Assembly: GCA_051294905.1 (NCBI GenBank)
Contig: CM119372.1
Span: 32,302,001-32,366,000, forward strand
Direction of reading: 5' to 3'
Source: Botryllus schlosseri
Lineage: Eukaryota
DNA: 64,000 bases
Shown here: positions 22,522 through 32,254 of the stretch, piece after piece
Layout of the letters: each line of letters starts with the position of its first letter
Numbering within the stretch: position 1 is the stretch's first letter
Notes under the pieces: model-generated
Seen by the model: only the letters and a program-made list of their open reading frames with translations
What the model was told of the DNA's origin: nothing
The model's database searches: none
Translations under genes and position numbers: made by a program

Positions 22522-22973
22522 TCGTGTAAAACAACAATTTTTGCAAAAGCGACTTCTAAAATCGGAATAGCAACAGTTTTAAATTCTCGTTTAGTTAATA
22601 GTAACGCCGTAGGGGTTCGCAAATTCATTTGCGGTAAGCGTTCATCCACAAACTCTTTGGGTAAATATTCGTGAGCTGGATGCAGCTTGAAGATGAGTCC
22701 GAACCATGTGTATTGGGCCTGATCAAAATTTTTCATAACAAAAACACGAGCAATTTCACCGTGAGCGTTATAAAGCCTATCAAGTAGTTCGGGGTTTACA
22801 TCCGCAAAACATAGGTGTAGATATTTAGCCAATAATTGTTCAAATTTTTCTTTCGGAGTAGCTTTCCATTTATCAAAATTTCGATGATGATATTCTTGCT
22901 CGAATGCATCTTAGTATTTGCTGATTTGTTGTTTAGCTAGCGTAATTTCCCAATTTTCTAACACACTAGTCAT
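22518..22973 (-). pseudogene. Orphan family A, copy 3, with one premature TAA at 22913-22911
   Basis: MTSVLENWEITLAKQQISKY*DAFEQEYHHRNFDKW continues in frame into ORF 22518-22832 and aligns with copy 1. Confidence 0.8.
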
Positions 22974-22988
22974 CTTAATACAACAAAA

Positions 22989-23849
22989 TCACATTGAAAT
23001 CATATACTCAATATCACAAGTAAATGATTCGTAAGAACAAGGATGAATAGTATAATTCTGCACTGTACATGTTCTGGTCGTAAAGTTTCTTATTGTGCCT
23101 CTAAGTCCCAAATCATCTTGACAATGCCAAAATTCAGATTTATTTATCATTATATCATCAACATTTCCAAGAACATCGTAGTAAGATGTTTTTGGAATTA
23201 TGGTATCCGTTGCCTTGGATATTGCCCCCCTCAGTAATTCATATATCATTAATCTTCTCCCGAAATCTTCCTGCAGATCACGAGTTGAAAGTATGACATT
23301 TATCATATTATTAATGCTTTCCAGATCTTGCGGTGATACATGAGGGTATAAACCTTCCGTCACGAACAATTTGTTCTTGCTCAAATATGGTATCTCTTCA
23401 TCATTCATTCCAGGTCCATCCGAATCCAAAATTTCTTCCAATGTCTGTTTGAAATAAGTATGATCTCCTTCATATTTGTCATCAGAATCACTCTCCCGCC
23501 CATCCATATCCGGCCAATACTGTTGTACAGGGGAATGTATCATCCAATCCTCTCGTTCCACGATCAATTCCCAAACCTTATTGAGAAAGTCTTGTTGTTG
23601 GTTTTGATCCTTTCCCGTAAGTTTACGAATATCAATGGCTTTCAATGATTCATAAATTCTGCGTATGTTACGGCAGTTTTGTTCGACAGCATCCTCGACT
23701 TTCAAAGTGTGACCATACCTGTCACGTACATTTTGAAATTCTATCATACTAGTACCCATTTCTCCAAAACTTAATAACAAAAATTTTAGAATTGAAACAG
23801 CCATCCCAGTACACCATACGCACTCAAAACTGCAGTATTCACTAATCAC
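22989..23849 (-). CDS. Orphan family B protein, copy 1; true start probably downstream of the GTG
   Basis: C-terminal IYELLRGAISKATDTII...WHCQDDLGLRG motif shared with two other ORFs. Confidence 0.75.
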   Translation of the reverse strand: MISEYCSFECVWCTGMAVSILKFLLLSFGEMGTSMIEFQNVRDRYGHTLKVEDAVEQNCRNIRRIYESLKAIDIRKLTGKDQNQQQDFLNKVWELIVEREDWMIHSPVQQYWPDMDGRESDSDDKYEGDHTYFKQTLEEILDSDGPGMNDEEIPYLSKNKLFVTEGLYPHVSPQDLESINNMINVILSTRDLQEDFGRRLMIYELLRGAISKATDTIIPKTSYYDVLGNVDDIMINKSEFWHCQDDLGLRGTIRNFTTRTCTVQNYTIHPCSYESFTCDIEYMISM

Positions 23850-23950
23850 CTCTTCAAAATATGAGCACTAACATATTAAAATGTTATTTTTGCTAGGTAA
23901 ACTAGCAATATACCAGCCTAGCAACAAGATTAATAGTCCTGCCTGTCCCG

Positions 23951-25639
23951 TCAAGCTCTATACACTTTGATTTTCTCGCATATCTTTACATCACAGATGA
24001 GGCATCGTTCTACATTGGTCGCGCACCTTTCACAAGAACATAGGTGTCCGCAGGGTATGAAAGTTACTTCACTCCTGTTTTTCCTGCATTGTTGACAAAA
24101 CACAGTCTCTTGTACTTCTTTTATACTTTTGGCGAGATCCTCTGTAGAAATAGATTCCGATATAGCTTCATTCTTCATTCCTTCTCTGGCACTTATGTCA
24201 CTATTTTTTTCAAGGATATTAGTTACTCGATGGTTTGTCGTTTGTGGATTAACCGATGTAATACTTGGTGTCGTAAGTAAGTCTTGAATAATGTCCCTTA
24301 ATTCACCACGGAAACCATTGTCTCGTCTGTTGATAGCTCTTTCTATTTGTCCTCTCGTAAATCCCATATTTTCCAATTGCATCCTTTTTCCGTATTCTTC
24401 AAGCGAGCTTGTCATGTTTCGACGTCCCTCGTCCTGTAGCTCGTCCAGACATATCCCATTCCTTATCGAAGGTCGATTAAGATTGGGGTGTTCATTCTTC
24501 AGGCGCAATACGAAATCAACGCCTTTCATTTGAAAAACGTACTCGCAACCTGGGAACCACTTAGCATGTTCTGTCCATGGTTCGTCGTTGTAATCCCAAT
24601 TTTGCAAACCTCCGTTACAATAGAAACACTTTGTCTTATCTGCATTTCCAAGGAAAAACAGACCAGCTCTCGCCAACTGTTCAACTGGCGCAAGAATTCT
24701 TTGTCTTGGCCATTTATCGTTAAAGGAATCTATTCTTTGTTGCAACGTCATCATATGTGAATTTATCGGATATAGGCAAGGAAATCGTTCAATCAACCTA
24801 AGCTGTTCTTCCGGTGAAGGTTCCGGCGGTTCTCCAGTATTAGTCGTTAACCTCTCAATTTTTTTTCGAATATTGTCATCCGCTTGATTCCTTTCAGATT
24901 CCGTCATTGGTACATTTCCCGTATAGTCGTCGTTTACAATCCTGCACTTGGCAAAATGTATTTGATGTTGTTCGATTATATTATCAGTAGGTGCCCAGTT
25001 TCGAAGTACTCCCGAACACGAAAAACATTGTGTTCTATCTAGGTTTCCAAGATAGAAAAATCCTTGTTTGGCTAATTCCCCCACCAAATATGGAGCAGGG
25101 TAGGATGGCCATTTGTCAAAGGTTTTCCTCCTCTCGAACTCACTTCTCAAATTCATGGTTCGCAGTAATATCTCATGTTCTCGGTCACAAATATTAGCGA
25201 ATATGGTTTGTGGTAATTGATGCTCCAGCTCTCTGGTAGTTGTTCTTCTTGTATCCCGATCAGACCGAGTTCTTGTGAAGTTAAAGTTACCCCTTATGTG
25301 TCCAAAAAAAATCCTCGTAGAACAGTTCGAAATAGTCACGTTGTAGCCCTCTCGTCCCGACACCATACTGCAAGTAGCTTCATGCCAACGATTGTCCAAG
25401 ACATCGTCTTCAATGTCCCAGTTTTCCACGCAAATGCCGCAGCCAAAGCACTTTACTATATCTTTATATCCCGTCCAATAAAAACCCGCAGCTGCCAGAT
25501 AAATCGGCATTACAGGAATTTCCTTAGGATAATGTTTGAACGTTGCAAGTCTATAATTTTCCACCCAATGATTCCCAGGTGGTATATAGGTACAGTTCTG
25601 ACCAGGAAGATCGCGATCTCTGTTTGTACGGACCCCCAT
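23951..25639 (-). CDS. Inhibitor of apoptosis protein: 3 BIR + UBA-like + RING, intronless
   Basis: BIR2 and BIR3 have canonical CX2CX16HX6C; BIR1 is degenerate; MGF UBA motif; C-terminal RING CQQC...PCGH..CERC...CLIC. Confidence 0.95.
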   Translation of the reverse strand: MGVRTNRDRDLPGQNCTYIPPGNHWVENYRLATFKHYPKEIPVMPIYLAAAGFYWTGYKDIVKCFGCGICVENWDIEDDVLDNRWHEATCSMVSGREGYNVTISNCSTRIFFGHIRGNFNFTRTRSDRDTRRTTTRELEHQLPQTIFANICDREHEILLRTMNLRSEFERRKTFDKWPSYPAPYLVGELAKQGFFYLGNLDRTQCFSCSGVLRNWAPTDNIIEQHQIHFAKCRIVNDDYTGNVPMTESERNQADDNIRKKIERLTTNTGEPPEPSPEEQLRLIERFPCLYPINSHMMTLQQRIDSFNDKWPRQRILAPVEQLARAGLFFLGNADKTKCFYCNGGLQNWDYNDEPWTEHAKWFPGCEYVFQMKGVDFVLRLKNEHPNLNRPSIRNGICLDELQDEGRRNMTSSLEEYGKRMQLENMGFTRGQIERAINRRDNGFRGELRDIIQDLLTTPSITSVNPQTTNHRVTNILEKNSDISAREGMKNEAISESISTEDLAKSIKEVQETVFCQQCRKNRSEVTFIPCGHLCSCERCATNVERCLICDVKICEKIKVYRA

Positions 25640-26089
25640 ATTTATTTTTTTTCCTTAAATTCTATTTTTCGGTGTAGTAGTACATGGCAGAACAGGCATT
25701 CATCTATACTAGGTCGAGGTGATGGTCTCTCAGGTGAATATACCTTATTTACTCAATTCCATCATAATCATACAATTGTTCTGTACACAACACGGAGACA
25801 AGATAAATAAAAACATTGCACAATAAAATATCTCAAACTTGTAACAAGAGACTCTCTAACAAAACTTCAACAACATTTCACATTCAACATCTCATACCAT
25901 TCTCCTTGTCTCACCAGGTGGTTCTAATCAACATTATTTTTCATTTGATATTTCAATCTAATGGAAGAACGATAATAATATACAATTTTTTCATAGTTCA
26001 CGATTGATATGGCCCGCATTCCAAGTGATTTAGCAATCTCCATGGGTTAGAGGTTAGGCCGTCGTTTAATCATTTTGACAAATGAACAC

Positions 26090-26908
26090 TTAATAACGAG
26101 AATTTCGGTAAACAATGTTGGAATTTTCCAAAAATAGGTTCATTGACTGAGCGTTGCTATTAACTCTTTTCGAATATATGTATATATATCCATCCATTGC
26201 AACAGTTTTCGAGTCCAGTATCAAATACCCTTTCACTCCAAAATTCGTTTGACTATGCCAAGTCCACGCGGAGCTAGCACTTCTTATATGACTAAGATCG
26301 TTTGTGCGTATCAAAATATTCGTATATTTCATCACTACTCCACGTATCACTTCATATATTACTTGCCTTATTCCTGAGGGAGGTATCCTTCTGATTACCC
26401 CTAGCAGAGTTTCCGTAATTATAGCCCACGAAATTTCATCCGGCTGTATAGTTTGTTCCTTCCATACTTTTATGCTTTGTCGCTGTGATGAATTCTTTAC
26501 GATGGCAGAATCTTGGGAGTCGTCGGAGTCCGTATCATCGAACGTATCTGAGTCCAAATCGTTCTCTGTTTCGTCCTTAATCGTCCAATCTTGGGTTTTA
26601 CAGATAGAGCATGAATGATGCCTTTTATACCAATTGTTTTCCTTTCCGAAGAAGGTTTTTAGCGCATCGGTTATTGATACAAGACACCGTGGATTTTTTG
26701 TTACCTCAATTTCATCAAGTTGTGTTATCAGATTGCGAAAAATGGCAGCGTTATGATTCCGTATATCGTCTAAATACATTATGTCACTATGAACACAAAA
26801 CGAAAACGTAACAGCAATAAAGGATTCAGTGTTATGTACGTGCACACTAACACTCCCATAGTACTTATGATACCAAGACTGTACTTGTGCTAGATTGCGT
26901 TGCAACAA
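26090..26908 (-). CDS. Orphan family B protein, copy 2; likely ATG at 26779
   Basis: IYEVIRGVVMKYTNILI...WHSQTNFGVKG motif; acidic D/S stretch. Confidence 0.7.
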   Translation of the reverse strand: MLQRNLAQVQSWYHKYYGSVSVHVHNTESFIAVTFSFCVHSDIMYLDDIRNHNAAIFRNLITQLDEIEVTKNPRCLVSITDALKTFFGKENNWYKRHHSCSICKTQDWTIKDETENDLDSDTFDDTDSDDSQDSAIVKNSSQRQSIKVWKEQTIQPDEISWAIITETLLGVIRRIPPSGIRQVIYEVIRGVVMKYTNILIRTNDLSHIRSASSAWTWHSQTNFGVKGYLILDSKTVAMDGYIYIYSKRVNSNAQSMNLFLENSNIVYRNSRY

Positions 26909-27150
26909 TTATTTTCAAACAAGCCGCATCCGTACCAATATCAACCGCTTTTTTATTTTTTATTTTTTTTTATTTTTATTTTTTTTAGTTAAGGAAAACA
27001 AAGGGCATATGAAATAGGATACTTGACTCCGGTACTCAAAACCGGCTGCTAACTCTTTAATATATACAATTTCCATCTTTAGTCAATTTCCAAGATAGAG
27101 GCATTCATGTTAAACAAATTTGATACTTTCAACAAATGCTATATCCAATA

Positions 27151-28098
27151 TTACAATGGTCTGTAATGAGGTTCACTCGCAATTATTTCCAAAAATCTTG
27201 GAAATCTTTCTTCTAGTGCCACTCGTCTTTTCCAGAGCCACTCATGCAAGTATTGGGGAATAAGTGATCGAGGTACACCGCACAATCGTCTGATAGCAGA
27301 CTTAAAAAAATTCCAAGAAGCCTCAATCAGCTGCGTATGCACACCGTCTTCACTAACATAGGTCTTATGGTGGTTCACTACCGAGTGTTTATAATTCATA
27401 CCCAAACTTTCTAATTTGCGATAGCTGGCAAAAGAATCGGTCCATATTGTAGATCCCTCTTTTACATGCTTCATAATTATCTCTGACAATACCGAAGCTT
27501 TTCTTCCTTCTTCAGGTACCAATTCTGCAAACATTTCACGAGTTTCCACATCTATTCCGGCCAAAACCCATCGCTGTCGTATCGGTCTTCCGCGGGGATT
27601 TCCCGGTTTTCGCTTAGCCACAAAGGTCTCATCGATCTGGCATACGTGGGATTTCCCGTGAGATTCACCGCCTATTCTGGTACCTCTTCTCTTCATTTCA
27701 CTTGAGCATACTTTTCGAAGTTTTCTGGACCAATTTACCAAAGTTCTTTTGCTGACATTCGCTTCGAACGCAATCTGTCGCTGTGATACATCTATTGTCC
27801 AAAGATAAACAATTATCACAAGGTTAGCGAGCTCTATTCTACTTCCCTCAAACAACGATCGTTTCCTTATAGACACTGTAGTATTGCACCTGGAAGTAGA
27901 ACACCTCCATCTATATCCATCCCTCAACCATCTACATTTTTCTTCGATCATTGGTTGTTTGCATTTGGAACATGTAGCTTCACGAGCAAGTAAATGGCGT
28001 GAACGCAGAAATTCTATACATTTTCGGCCACTTGAGATGATACCCAACCGAACAAGATGAAGCAGATTGTCCCTTCTCCGGATTTTCTTACATTTCAT
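27151..28098 (-). CDS. IS1595/ISXO2-like (Merlin-type) DDE transposase
   Basis: N-terminal CxxC...C...C Zn ribbon; QIDET, RGR...WV, IWTDS..SY..L, VNH, HTQLIEASW, YLHEWLW; all three acidic residues intact. Confidence 0.9.
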   Translation of the reverse strand: MKCKKIRRRDNLLHLVRLGIISSGRKCIEFLRSRHLLAREATCSKCKQPMIEEKCRWLRDGYRWRCSTSRCNTTVSIRKRSLFEGSRIELANLVIIVYLWTIDVSQRQIAFEANVSKRTLVNWSRKLRKVCSSEMKRRGTRIGGESHGKSHVCQIDETFVAKRKPGNPRGRPIRQRWVLAGIDVETREMFAELVPEEGRKASVLSEIIMKHVKEGSTIWTDSFASYRKLESLGMNYKHSVVNHHKTYVSEDGVHTQLIEASWNFFKSAIRRLCGVPRSLIPQYLHEWLWKRRVALEERFPRFLEIIASEPHYRPL

Positions 28099-28172
28099 TT
28101 TCAATTTATAAAGTATACACTCCAGTATAACGTAGATTCTGTATATACAAAAAAATGAAACAATGAGCGTTT

Positions 28173-28679
28173 TTAGGCAGGCACTTTCAAAGCCATAAAT
28201 CGGCAATCGGCTTCTTTTAACGATATTGCACGTGTTTGTGCATACGCGTAAATCTGAACTTCCGGAAAGATCACCCATACTATGAGATCCCGTTCAGTTT
28301 CCTCATTTCTAAGAAAATCCTTCCAGTCTGGGTTTACCCTTTTCAAGTCTGTAACCCATTGTATCCCGATATCTGCGAACGCCATTTGAATAGGTCTTTC
28401 AGGATAGAGGCTTCCTGCGTAAATCTCCTCCCACTCGTTTTCATCAAGATGTTTCCCAGTCCAATAGTTGTCGCATGTTGGAATACCATACTTCTGTTTC
28501 CAAAATCGTAGTCGCAGATTGGATTCATCCTTCATTACATTATACAAATGATTTGTCAAGGTGTATGTTGTCATGAGGAATTTCAGCGATTGTAGCCCAT
28601 AATCGATAAGTGCTTCCTTTTGGGGTATCCAAATTGGATGTTCTGTCTCCGGATCTTCACAACGCAAACCCAAACACAT
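28173..28679 (-). CDS. Orphan protein, 168 aa; weak similarity to 32255-33079
   Basis: ATG-initiated, packed in the cluster; LKFLMTTYTLTNHLYNV...RLRFW resembles LVMETIKTTPVRDHLMNL...RIQYW. Confidence 0.6.
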   Translation of the reverse strand: MCLGLRCEDPETEHPIWIPQKEALIDYGLQSLKFLMTTYTLTNHLYNVMKDESNLRLRFWKQKYGIPTCDNYWTGKHLDENEWEEIYAGSLYPERPIQMAFADIGIQWVTDLKRVNPDWKDFLRNEETERDLIVWVIFPEVQIYAYAQTRAISLKEADCRFMALKVPA

Positions 28680-28795
28680 ATTAATGGTCCCAGCTATGTT
28701 ATTACTATGGGTTCCTTATACAAACACACACCATATAAGTTGGATAGAACAAATCACACCCAATAAATCAAAACCCTATCATCGTTACTCAAACT

Positions 28796-29827
28796 TTACA
28801 GTAATCGAAATGTGACCAGACACCCAATAATGGTAACTGTTTGTTTCGAATGTATAGTCATAGCGAGGGATGGACTATCCGTCACTTCATAAGGCGAGTA
28901 TGATTGTTTCCGCCAAAGAAAACTTTCATATGACGTTCCGTTAACATATTTTTTAAATTTTAAAACCTCTAATTTTGGTAATTTTAAAAGTAAGGAATCG
29001 TTAAGAGACTGAATATAATTACAACTGAGATCAAGCGTGTGTAGACCTTGGAACGATGTATTGGAGAAAAGAGAGAAAAATTGTACGTTGTTATATGACA
29101 ATGTTAGTCTCTCCAGGTTAAACGAATATTGTAACACTGTCATTTCGAACTCAACCAATTTGTTTCCATCCAGGTGTAACGTTTCCAGTTCTCCCAATCC
29201 TCGAAAAACCCCTCGTTTTATAACCTTTATTGCATTTCTTGATAAGTCCAGTATTTTTAGACGATACAGGTGATTGAAGGCTCCGTCTTTTAACTCCTTT
29301 ATCACATTATTATCCAAATATAATTTTTTTAAATTTCCCAACATTGCAAATGTCGATTCGTTAATTTGTTCCAACAAATTGCTGCTGAGATACAGACACT
29401 CCAGTCGTAGCAGCCCAAAAAAATTTTCCTTCCGAATTTGTTTGATGTAATTTCGCATCAAGTTTATTTCCCTAAGCTTTGCATTATTACGGAAAGCAGC
29501 TCCTTGAAGTATCTGGATTTTATTCCAACCACAGTGCAATACTTCTATGTTCTCATATTTTTCCAGTTGATCTCCAGTTAATTTCCGTAGACAGCTGTCG
29601 TTAATGAATAGTTGTGATGTATCTCTACAAGACTTTGCCAGATATATCTGGTCAGGGTCTGGGATTCTTGTATAAATCGAATGGTCGCACCACAGGATCA
29701 AATTGCTTCCCTGCATGCATTCAGGATACAGTGAAGTTCGTCTATCATACGGCGTACACTTTGATCTTTCCATTATCCCTGAATCGATTGCGATACAGAC
29801 GCCAAACCAACATATTATTACTCTCAT
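28796..29827 (-). CDS. Secreted or surface leucine-rich repeat protein, intronless
   Basis: Signal-peptide-like N-terminus; eight 24-aa LxxLxLxxNxI repeats; Cys-containing N-cap; hydrophobic C-terminus. Confidence 0.9.
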   Translation of the reverse strand: MRVIICWFGVCIAIDSGIMERSKCTPYDRRTSLYPECMQGSNLILWCDHSIYTRIPDPDQIYLAKSCRDTSQLFINDSCLRKLTGDQLEKYENIEVLHCGWNKIQILQGAAFRNNAKLREINLMRNYIKQIRKENFFGLLRLECLYLSSNLLEQINESTFAMLGNLKKLYLDNNVIKELKDGAFNHLYRLKILDLSRNAIKVIKRGVFRGLGELETLHLDGNKLVEFEMTVLQYSFNLERLTLSYNNVQFFSLFSNTSFQGLHTLDLSCNYIQSLNDSLLLKLPKLEVLKFKKYVNGTSYESFLWRKQSYSPYEVTDSPSLAMTIHSKQTVTIIGCLVTFRLL

Positions 29828-30012
29828 ATTGTTTGTTTCGTTAGTAACTTATATAATCAAACATAAGACCATTAATACCCGTTCAAAATTTGCACCAATG
29901 AATCAGTAAACCCATATTTTCATGCTGCATGGAGCAATATAAACATCAACTTTTCAACCCAATATCTTCATATATACACCTTCTTTAATGTCGATCCTTA
30001 CTCTGATATCAA

Positions 30013-30561
30013 CTAATCAATATCAACACTACTTCCCTCATATGGAAAAGGATGTATTTCTATGCGTCTTATCCTTTCTGTTTGCCAATGAATTGAATTC
30101 GAATATCCTTTTAGTCCCAAATCGTTTTGACAAGACCATACTTCAACATGTGGTGGATCTTTACAACTATCTCTTTCATCATACACATTTTTGGAAATTC
30201 TAGTATTCGTAGTTTTTATCACGAGTCCCCTAATTAATTCATACAACATGACTCTTCTTCCAAAAGAGATGCGTTCATTCATTCTGATTGCAAATATGTC
30301 ATTAATCACATGACAGAAAGCATTTAATGTTTCTTGCGCTATTTCGTCATCTAGGGATACATCCACCGGTCCAAAGTTCGTCTGCTTAACCCATTCGATC
30401 TGGTCTGTAAGTAATTCCCATACCTTTTCTTTTACCATCAATATTCTAGATTCGTCATTGTAGTATTTTAGATCCCATTTATCCAATTCCTCATATACGC
30501 CATCCAAAAGGTACCAGTTTGGTAGATTATTATCAACCTCAATATAATCGAACTCTAACAT
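30013..30561 (-). CDS. Orphan family B protein, copy 3
   Basis: VKEKVWELL and LYELIRGLVIKTTNTRISK...WSCQNDLGLKG match copy 1. Confidence 0.75.
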   Translation of the reverse strand: MLEFDYIEVDNNLPNWYLLDGVYEELDKWDLKYYNDESRILMVKEKVWELLTDQIEWVKQTNFGPVDVSLDDEIAQETLNAFCHVINDIFAIRMNERISFGRRVMLYELIRGLVIKTTNTRISKNVYDERDSCKDPPHVEVWSCQNDLGLKGYSNSIHWQTERIRRIEIHPFPYEGSSVDID

Positions 30562-30733
30562 TCTATTTCCACTAAAACATCTTAAATTTTAAGATAATTT
30601 AATTCGATATATACAGTTCATAGTATTATAGAATCTATCCACAAGCACTTCACAACATATTCCGTATACATTTAACTTTGTCAAATATTCATATTCATTT
30701 GAACAATAAATCAACAAGAATAATCAGAACCCC

Positions 30734-30805
30734 GGCGCCGTGGCACAAGGTTTCAGCTCCTGATTCCCGACCAAGGGGTCCTCGGTTCAAACCCGGGAGT
30801 GAGCG
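30734..30805 (+). pseudogene. tRNA-like sequence with degenerate acceptor and anticodon stems
   Basis: A box TGGCACAAGG, T arm CTCGG-TTCAAAC-CCGGG, nominal anticodon CCC; acceptor stem does not pair. Confidence 0.55.
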
Positions 30806-30864
30806 TAGGGCAATACGTACTTGCTCCCGATGTTAAATGATACAACAAGCCTTTAGACCCAATT

Positions 30865-32140
30865 TGGAATTCTTCACTTATAATTTTTGTCAAGCGTTTT
30901 CATACCAGCTCAAACCCAATTCCAATCCGACCACGTCTTCATGGTACACTTCATATTTCGCGTTTTTCAATCTACTACTTTAACACTTCACATCCATAGC
31001 GAGTTAAGTTGTCGCTTTGTGCAACTCATCAAATAGTACTGTTGCGGTCAATCTGCTATTAGTAGCGTGCGCGGGGACAATTCCAGACAGCGTACAGTCG
31101 AGCGTAACACTGGCTGAATGAAGCCACAGTCACTGATAGCGCTCAGCCCAGGCGCTATCGAGTAAATGCACCAGAAGCGTATCACCTCCCACAAGGCATT
31201 TTTACCATTTTATTTTATTTATATTTTTTATTAAACGATATGTACATACTACTTTTTTTTTTATTTTTTGAGGATTTTTTTGGTGGGTATATAGAAATGC
31301 TATCACCATCCTTGTCTTCCTCCCCTGTCTACGGAAAATGCTGGCGCACATTTTCGCTTAGACGTGTTCATCCATGTCACAACTAGGAGCTTAGTTTTCC
31401 CACAAGTCAAGCACAAGGTACTTTACTTTATATGAATGTCTTCTTACTTTGAGAAATATCAAGTTTGGGACCCAGAGTGAGGAGAGGTGCCAAGAGACAA
31501 GGATGGAAGTATGGACAACTTAAATAAAGATTGGAATAGTACTAATATAAAATTTTCGAATCAAAAACTATCGAGAATAAGCTCAAGGCACAACACATCT
31601 ACATGTAGCGTATGTCTCAATGACAGCTCCATAAAACTACATAATAATCGCAGCATTAAAGAAAGATCTAGTGATAACAAGAAACTGTCTCGGGTTTATA
31701 TCTAGCAGAGCGTAAAACGTGGAAAAAACTTGAAAAATAATAAATAAAATTAATCATACGTGATCAAATGATTAGCAAAGCATTCCACCATGAACACGAG
31801 GTGATTTAAATGGCAGATGGTCCGGGGCTGTTACACGTTAATATTCGCCGTTCTAGTCCTACAGACGACACAATTCAACACCACATTTCACATCACCAAT
31901 GACCGACACCGCACAGACTTTCATCAATGACAAACTCATGGTCTTTTCTGAAGCGAAAAATCATTAATATACATATAGTGGAAATAGCTCATTGCTACAT
32001 TCAAGTATATAGGCATTTTAGTAGTCCTAGAGATTCTATTCAAGAGGCAGTGGTAGCGAGTCAATTCACAATGATAATTCGATGTATCGGAATATTGCTA
32101 TAAATCGGACCAATATATAATAACTCCGTTTATTTTACCG
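30865..32140. repeat. Diverged direct repeat module B
   Basis: Collinear with 18490-20100. Confidence 0.75.
30890..31199 (-). pseudogene. Decayed gene, copy B (paralog of 18516-18810)
   Basis: SAISDCGFIQPVLRSTVRCLELSPR, RLTATVLFDEL and VYHEDVVGLELGLSWYENA*; same terminal TGA as copy A. Confidence 0.7.
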
Positions 32141-32254
32141 ACCAGAGTACCAAGTGCGAATGACCCCATGTAGTTCTACACAATTGTCCACACATTATGC
32201 TCATCAGAAACCGTACTTCGTTAGACATTCTGAATCGTGATATGCCTCTAACCG

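Noticed and set aside
22000-30580. Baculovirus late promoter TAAG motifs upstream of cargo ORFs
   Set aside because: Only some ORFs have it, it is frequent in AT-rich DNA, and no viral RNA polymerase genes are present.
30734-30805. Self-encoded primer tRNA for the PBS
   Set aside because: Its 3' end (CCCGGGAGTGAGCG) is not complementary to the PBS, which needs CCCAGTGGTGCCT.
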